Shown here piece after piece: positions 17,757 through 23,000 of a stretch of DNA of 64,000 nt. Each line of letters opens with the position of its first letter. Position 1 is the stretch's first letter. Source of the stretch: Actinomycetes bacterium (GTDB taxonomy: Bacteria; Actinomycetota; Acidimicrobiia; Acidimicrobiales; Bog-793); NCBI GenBank assembly GCA_021797795.1, contig JAJZZB010000001.1, positions 10,775 to 74,774 of the forward strand, read 5' to 3'. The notes beneath the pieces were generated by a model, which saw nothing but the letters and a program-made list of their open reading frames with translations, did not search any database and was not told where the DNA came from. The position numbers and the translations under genes were made by a program.

Positions 17757-20177
17757 ATGGACATACGGGTCAAGATCGCCGTCATCGGCGGGGGTGCCGC
17801 CGGCTGCAGCCTGGCCTACCACCTCACCGCCCTCGGCTGCCCGGATGTCGCCATCCTCGAGGCCGACGACCTGGCGAACGGCTCGACCTGGCACGCGGCC
17901 GGGCTGTGCACCCAGTACCACAGCAGCCTCAACATGATGCGGCTCCTGCAAAAGAGCGTCGAGCTCTACGACGGCGGCCTCGGCGCCGACACCGGCGAGG
18001 AGGTCGACTACCACCGCTGCGGCAGCCTGCGACTCGCGACGACGGCTGAGCAGCTCGACGAGTTGCTGGCCCGCCAGGCGATGGCACGCTCCATCGGCAT
18101 CCCCTTCGAGGTCGTCGGGCCGGAGGAGGCGGCCGGGCTCTGGCCCCTGCTCCGGCCGGAGGGAGTCCTCGGTGCCGCCTTGATGCCCACCGACGGGTGG
18201 GTCGACCCGGCCCGGCTCACCCGCGCCTACGCCGAGGGCGCCCGAGGGCGGGGCGCCACCGTCCTTCGCCGCACGCCCGTCCGGGCGCTGTCCTTCGCCG
18301 GCGGGCTGTGGACGATCGAGAGCGACCGAGGACAGGTTGTCGCCGACCTGGTCGTCAACGCGGCGGGCCAGTGGGCCCGCTCCGTCGGGCAGCTGGCAGG
18401 CGTGGAGCTGCCGGTCGTCCCGCTGCTCCACCAGTACCTGGCGACCGTCCCGCTGGCGGCGGTCGCGGCTCTCGACCGGGAGCTGCCGGTGCTGCGCGAC
18501 CCGGCCGGGTCCTACTACGTCCGCCAGGACCAGGACGGCCTGCTCGTCGGACCCTTCGAGCAGCGGCCCCGCAGCTGGGCCCGCGAGGGCGTGCCCGAGG
18601 GGTTCCACGGTCGCCTCCTCGATCCGGACTTCGACCAGGTCGGCGAGGTCCTCCAGGCGGTGGCCCGCCGCGTGCCCGCCTTCTCCGACGCCGGGATCCG
18701 CACCGTCGTGCACGGCCCCGACGGCTACACCCCGGACGGGCTGTGCCTGATGGGTCCCGTGCCGGGGGCGCGGAACTTCCACGTGCTGGCCGGGTTCAGC
18801 ATCTTCGGGATCGTCTTCAGCGGCGGTGCCGGCAGGTACGCCGCCGAGTGGATCCTCGAGGGCCAGCCCGGACAGTCGATGTGGGACGTGGACGTCCGCC
18901 GCTTCGGCCCCTACGCCGGCTCGCTCGCCTACACCGAGGCCCGTGCCAAGGAGACCTACGAGCGGGAGTACGCCGTCCACTTCCCGAACGAGGAGCTCGA
19001 GGCCGGACGGCCGCTACGCACCGACCCCCTCTTCGAGCCGCTGGCCGGCCGTGGTGCAGCCTTCGGAGCAGCCTCGGGTTGGGAACGCCCGCTGTTCTTC
19101 ACCCCGGAGCCGGCCGAGGCAGGCGAGCTCACCTTCCGGCGGGCGAGGTGGGAGACCCGGGTCGCCGACGAATGCGCGGCGGTGGCCGGCGGGGTGGGCG
19201 TCCTTGACCAGACGAGCGTCGGCAAGTACGTGGTGAGCGGACCCGGCGCGGCGGGCTTCCTCGACCACATCTCCGCCAACCGGCTGCCGTCGGGTGACGG
19301 GCGGGTCACGCTCACCCAGCTGTGCAACGGGGCGGGAGGAGTCGAGTGTGACCTCACGGTGATCCGAGTCGCGGAGGACCGGTACTACCTCGTGTCGGCC
19401 GCCGCCACCGAGACCCACGACCTCGCATGGCTTGCCGAGCACGCGCCGGCGGGCGGGGTTGCCATCTCCAACGTCACCTCGGCGGTCGGCGTGCTGACGC
19501 TGGCGGGACCGGCAAGCCGGGCGCTCCTCGAACGGGTAGCCGACGGGGACTGCTCGGCCGCCGGCCTCCCTGACTTCCGGGCGGTCGAGACGAGAGTGGG
19601 CGCCGCGCCCGCCCGGATCGTGCGCGTGTCGTACGTCGGTGAGCTCGGCTACGAGATCCACCACCCGATCGAGTACCTGAGGTACCTCTACGACGTCCTC
19701 CGCGACGCCGGCCAAGACCTCGGCCTGGCTGACTTCGGCTACCGGGCGCTCGAGTCGATGCGCCTCGAGAATGGCCACCAGCTCTGGGGATCGGAGCTCT
19801 CCCCCGACGTCACGCCGCTCGAAGCAGGCCTTGGCCGGTTGGTCTGCCTGCAGGGCCGGTCCTTCGTCGGGAGAGATGCCCTCGTCGCCCAGGCCGAAGC
19901 CGGGCTCGCGCGGACGCTGTGCTGCCTCGTGGTCGATGCCGACGACGCCGATGCGCACCGCCACGAGCCGGTGCGCCACGACGCCACAGTGGTCGGGCAC
20001 GTGACCTCCGGCGGCTACGGGCACCGGGTCCGCCGCTCGCTCGCCCTCGCCTACCTCCCTGTTGAGCATGCCGCCACCGGCACCCGGCTCGAGGTGGACC
20101 TGCTCGGGTCTCCCCGGATCGCCACAGTCGTCGACCGACCCGTCTACGACCCCACCGGTGAGCGGGTCAGGGGCTGA
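17757..20177 (+). CDS. FAD-dependent oxidoreductase fused to an aminomethyltransferase (GcvT) domain (dimethylglycine/sarcosine dehydrogenase-like)
   Basis: ATG 17757. FAD motif IAVIGGGAAGCSLAYHL. The C-terminal GcvT-like region reads SYVGELGYEIHHP. Confidence 0.85.
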   Translation: MDIRVKIAVIGGGAAGCSLAYHLTALGCPDVAILEADDLANGSTWHAAGLCTQYHSSLNMMRLLQKSVELYDGGLGADTGEEVDYHRCGSLRLATTAEQLDELLARQAMARSIGIPFEVVGPEEAAGLWPLLRPEGVLGAALMPTDGWVDPARLTRAYAEGARGRGATVLRRTPVRALSFAGGLWTIESDRGQVVADLVVNAAGQWARSVGQLAGVELPVVPLLHQYLATVPLAAVAALDRELPVLRDPAGSYYVRQDQDGLLVGPFEQRPRSWAREGVPEGFHGRLLDPDFDQVGEVLQAVARRVPAFSDAGIRTVVHGPDGYTPDGLCLMGPVPGARNFHVLAGFSIFGIVFSGGAGRYAAEWILEGQPGQSMWDVDVRRFGPYAGSLAYTEARAKETYEREYAVHFPNEELEAGRPLRTDPLFEPLAGRGAAFGAASGWERPLFFTPEPAEAGELTFRRARWETRVADECAAVAGGVGVLDQTSVGKYVVSGPGAAGFLDHISANRLPSGDGRVTLTQLCNGAGGVECDLTVIRVAEDRYYLVSAAATETHDLAWLAEHAPAGGVAISNVTSAVGVLTLAGPASRALLERVADGDCSAAGLPDFRAVETRVGAAPARIVRVSYVGELGYEIHHPIEYLRYLYDVLRDAGQDLGLADFGYRALESMRLENGHQLWGSELSPDVTPLEAGLGRLVCLQGRSFVGRDALVAQAEAGLARTLCCLVVDADDADAHRHEPVRHDATVVGHVTSGGYGHRVRRSLALAYLPVEHAATGTRLEVDLLGSPRIATVVDRPVYDPTGERVRG

Positions 20178-20288
20178 GGGCGACGCAGCGTCGCACAGCC
20201 GGGCCATTCTCCTCGTGCGCCCCGGCTCGGACAGGGCCATAGGGCGTCGCGTAGCATGCGTCATCGTCTCGTACAGGGGGCAGAGCCG

Positions 20289-20810
20289 ATGATCGGACGG
20301 ATGGCTGTGCTGGCGACCGTCGGGCTCGCGATGGCGACCGCGTCGGGATGCAGCTCGTCGGTGGCCAACGGCCTCGATGCTCCGATCAAGGCCATCCCGG
20401 CGACTGACGTCGTGATCGAGACCAACATCCAGGCCGTCGAGCAGGCGACGCAGGCGACGCTCGAGACCACGGGCTCCTTTGTCGACTTCAACACGGCCGA
20501 CGCCGGTGGGACGGCCGTGACGACGGGCCCCTCACCAGGACCCGCCGACATCTCCTACGCCCTCGTCGGCGCCGGATCCGGCATCATCCTCGCCGGCTGG
20601 AACCACGCCGACCGCCACTGCATCGGAGTGCTCTACGTCCACCAGGCCCTCTCCACCCCCGTGCTCGGCGAATCGAACGCCGGCACGTACGACTTCGTGG
20701 CCCCGGCATCGAGCAGCGCCGCGTGCAGCGCCGTGGCCCTCGCCGCCTCGAGCGGCGCTCCTTCGGCATGGCCGGAGTCACCGTCCAGCTCAGGATGGCC
20801 GCCGGCGTGA
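20289..20810 (+). CDS. putative lipoprotein
   Basis: MIGRMAVLATVGLAMATASGCSS is a signal peptide plus lipobox Cys. An RBS AGGGGG lies upstream of ATG 20289. Confidence 0.6.
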   Translation: MIGRMAVLATVGLAMATASGCSSSVANGLDAPIKAIPATDVVIETNIQAVEQATQATLETTGSFVDFNTADAGGTAVTTGPSPGPADISYALVGAGSGIILAGWNHADRHCIGVLYVHQALSTPVLGESNAGTYDFVAPASSSAACSAVALAASSGAPSAWPESPSSSGWPPA

Positions 20811-20845
20811 TCCCGGGGCGGCAGTGATGGCCTAGGCTCTCGGCC

Positions 20846-20931
20846 GGAGGGATGCGAGAGTGGCCGAATCGGGCGGTCTCGAAAACCGTTGTACGTCCTG
20901 CGTACCGTGGGTTCGAATCCCACTCCCTCCG
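20846..20931 (+). tRNA. tRNA-Ser (anticodon CGA)
   Basis: Hand-folded. Acceptor GGAGGGA/TCCCTCC; anticodon loop CTCGAAA; a long variable arm; T-arm GTGGG-TTCGAAT-CCCAC; discriminator G. Confidence 0.9.
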
Positions 20932-20935
20932 CTCG
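20924..20935 (+). repeat. left copy of direct repeat TCCCTCCGCTCG (tRNA 3' end, attL-like)
   Basis: An identical 12-mer occurs at 22657-22668. Confidence 0.55.
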
Positions 20936-20953
20936 CTCGCTCGCCGGCCGGTG

Positions 20954-20981
20954 GTGGCTGGCTGGCGAGCCAGCCAGCCAC
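20954..20981. repeat. perfect inverted repeat GTGGCTGGCTGGC-GA-GCCAGCCAGCCAC
   Basis: Read directly from the sequence, 23 nt downstream of the tRNA. Confidence 0.7.
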
Positions 20982-21012
20982 GTGCGTGGGGTGTTGACAC
21001 ATCGATCACCAG

Positions 21013-21789
21013 GTGTTGGCTTGGCAGTTCAGCGACCCGCGGGCGGTCCGCGATGACTGGAGCCCCACGGGACAGCATTGGCTCATGCAATCCTCCAGGC
21101 GATGCGGATGGCTGGTCACGACCTCTGGCCTTCCCTGCGAGAACATCGTGGCCGAGGGGAGCACGCATTGCGCGGCGGGGCACCCAGTCGCGCCGACAAC
21201 AACAGGGCCGACATCAGGTGAACCACTCGCGAAGATGTCAACTGGTCTTCCCGACGTGGGGACTGTCCTCAGCTCTCCGGACAGGGGGTCTCGGATGGGG
21301 AAAGGCGAGCCCACCGGCAGCGCTCGGAGCCCTTCGCGCGACATCGCAGAAATGGTCGTCTCTGGTGAATTGGAACGCGTGTCACCTAACCCGAGGTACG
21401 TCGAGCAACGCCTAAGGGAGGCGGACGAGTCCCTGAAGGCAGCGCAGATGATCCGAGAGCTCGAACACAGCTCTATTACGGCAAGCTACGACGCCTCCAG
21501 GTTTGCGATCGATGCCCTAGTGAACTGGGAGGGGTATCGGGTACCCAACAGGCCTGGTGCCCATCAGTCGACGATCAAGTTCGCCGAGGCGAGGCTAAGC
21601 GGAGTCATGTCAGCAGAAGAGATAGCTGGCTTGGACACCCTCCGCACCCTGCGCCATGCCATCGAGTATCCCAACCCGACGAGACCGCCTGCGCCTGACC
21701 CGAAGGGCTCAGATGTCAGCGCCGCGATCGAGCTTGCCAGAAGAACGGTCGCCGCTGTGAAAGCGGAGATCAAAACGCCGCGTCAGTGA
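21013..21789 (+). CDS. HEPN-like domain protein with Cys/His-rich N-terminal extension
   Basis: The C-terminal ~130 aa resemble HEPN helices (ASYDASRFAIDALVNWEGYRV...GAHQSTIKF...LDTLRTLRHAIEYPN). The N-terminus has RRCGW..GLPC..(12)..HCAAGH. The start is uncertain: GTG 21013, ATG 21085, or later. Confidence 0.55.
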   Translation: MLAWQFSDPRAVRDDWSPTGQHWLMQSSRRCGWLVTTSGLPCENIVAEGSTHCAAGHPVAPTTTGPTSGEPLAKMSTGLPDVGTVLSSPDRGSRMGKGEPTGSARSPSRDIAEMVVSGELERVSPNPRYVEQRLREADESLKAAQMIRELEHSSITASYDASRFAIDALVNWEGYRVPNRPGAHQSTIKFAEARLSGVMSAEEIAGLDTLRTLRHAIEYPNPTRPPAPDPKGSDVSAAIELARRTVAAVKAEIKTPRQ

Positions 21790-22396
21790 GGCCCCTTACC
21801 GACTGCCCCTCTCCGGCAAAGGGAAGGGACAGTCTGACAAGCGGATTCTTCTTCAGCTCAGCGATGAACTGATCCGTCGAGCTCTTCCACTCGCCGGACG
21901 ACACGACATAGGGCTGCACGTCCATCAAAAGCCTCCTCGAGACAGTCGACAGAGCGGCCCCGACCTCCATGACGCTGGCAGTCCCCACTACGACGACGTC
22001 GACATCGTGCGGCACCGGACCGGTCTTGCCCGCGTGACGCGCCGCCCAAGAGCCGAAGATGTAAGCGTCCTCGACGCCGGGCACCTCTGAGAGCGCCTCT
22101 GCGACGTAGACGTAGGGCCCGTAGGTGACGTCGAGCAGGCGAGCGAGTGGGGCGACTTGAGGGTGATCCCAGTTGACACCCACGAGATGGTTTCTCCCCT
22201 GCACCGTCACGGTTAGGTAGCCGTAGCTCGCCAACCTGTTGACCTCGCGGGCGACCGTAGAGAGAGTCGCTTCGAGAGCCTGGGCGAGCTCGGATACCGT
22301 GCGCGACACACCGGAGCGACACAGCAGTTCTCCGAGGAGCCGCTCTTGGAGAGGAGAGCGGAAGATCGGTGCGATGCCCGGGGCCTTCACTCGCAT
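21770..22396 (-). CDS. winged-helix DNA-binding domain fused to a minimal nucleotidyltransferase (MNT-like)
   Basis: wHTH: RTVSELAQALEATLSTVAREVNRLASYGYL. NTase motif: IFGSWAARHAGKTGPVPHDVDVVVVG (GS...DxD). ATG 22396 is preferred, being 7 nt after a TATAGT -10. The ORF also opens at GTG 22405. Confidence 0.7.
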   Translation of the reverse strand: MRVKAPGIAPIFRSPLQERLLGELLCRSGVSRTVSELAQALEATLSTVAREVNRLASYGYLTVTVQGRNHLVGVNWDHPQVAPLARLLDVTYGPYVYVAEALSEVPGVEDAYIFGSWAARHAGKTGPVPHDVDVVVVGTASVMEVGAALSTVSRRLLMDVQPYVVSSGEWKSSTDQFIAELKKNPLVRLSLPFAGEGQSVRGLTDAAF

Positions 22397-22403
22397 ATAA
22401 TGC

Positions 22404-22433
22404 ACTATAACTGGCGTTTATCGTCACTGTCAA
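22404..22433 (-). promoter_or_regulatory. near-consensus promoter (TTGACA-18 nt-TATAGT) giving a probable leaderless MNT-like transcript
   Basis: The minus strand reads CCCTTGACAgtgacgataaacgccagtTATAGTgcattatATG. The -10 ends 7 nt before ATG 22396. Confidence 0.5.
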
Positions 22434-22656
22434 GGGAGCCGCTCGCCAAGGCCGGATGCTTATGCATCCTTGGCGGCCAGTTTCTGTGAGCCTCCTGAGA
22501 AATTCTCCACGCGATGGCGGCGAAGTTTCCACGCGCTCCTACCAGGACTTCTGTCGGAAAGGAAGCCAAACCGTGCAGCGGACGGTTCTCCGGCCGACCA
22601 GCGTCTGCCCTGGTCACGAGCGCCACTTGTCAACACCCCGCTCGGGGGTGTTTACA

Positions 22657-22668
22657 TCCCTCCGCTCG
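22657..22668 (+). repeat. right copy of direct repeat TCCCTCCGCTCG (attR-like)
   Basis: Identical to 20924-20935. It is embedded in a tandem duplication of CCGCTCGGGGGTGTTTACA (22638-22656 and 22662-22680). Confidence 0.55.
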
Positions 22669-23000
22669 GGGGTGTTTACAGGAGCGACCACCGGCGAGGC
22701 TCCCGCTGGTGGCCCCGGGCGCGGACCCTCTCGCCGCGGCGGGCCGGGGGCACGAGCAGGACGCGGCGCCCGCCCCGGGCCTCTCACCGAGAGGGTCCGC
22801 CCCTCGACCGGCGCCGGGCCGGCTCCCAGAGAGGCGGCTCGCCTCCGGCCACCGCGGGCCGGGCCGCCGCACGATCGGGCTACGGTGCCGGTCAAGCCGG
22901 TGGTTCTCCGTAGCCTCGTCGCGGTGCTGTCGAGTAACACCCTGGGCTTGGGCTCCCCGTCCCCTGATACGCCGCCATCGGGCGCGGCAGACTCGCGCAC

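Larger units (their letters stand above)
20936..22656. mobile_element. small low-GC islet at the tRNA-Ser 3' end (integrase-less; possible decayed or satellite integrative element)
   Basis: It is flanked by the 12-nt direct repeat. Hand-counted GC of 60-nt lines is 50-60% inside versus about 80% at 23041-23100. It holds only two genes and no recombinase ORF. Confidence 0.45.

Noticed and set aside
15752-17785. 677-aa minus-strand ORF.
   Set aside because: It is antisense to the well-supported ABC-F and tadA genes. The translation is low-complexity, with no motifs.
20936-22656. Search for an integrase, transposase or excisionase inside the islet.
   Set aside because: None of the six-frame ORFs in the interval shows recombinase motifs (R..H..R..Y, DDE or a serine recombinase N-terminus). 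The element is therefore called integrase-less rather than a prophage or IS.
22638-22680. Tandem 19-nt repeat CCGCTCGGGGGTGTTTACA with a 24-nt period; considered as a possible CRISPR or minisatellite.
   Set aside because: There are only two copies separated by 5 nt, with no spacers and no cas genes. It is better explained as a reiterated att/flank sequence at the islet edge.
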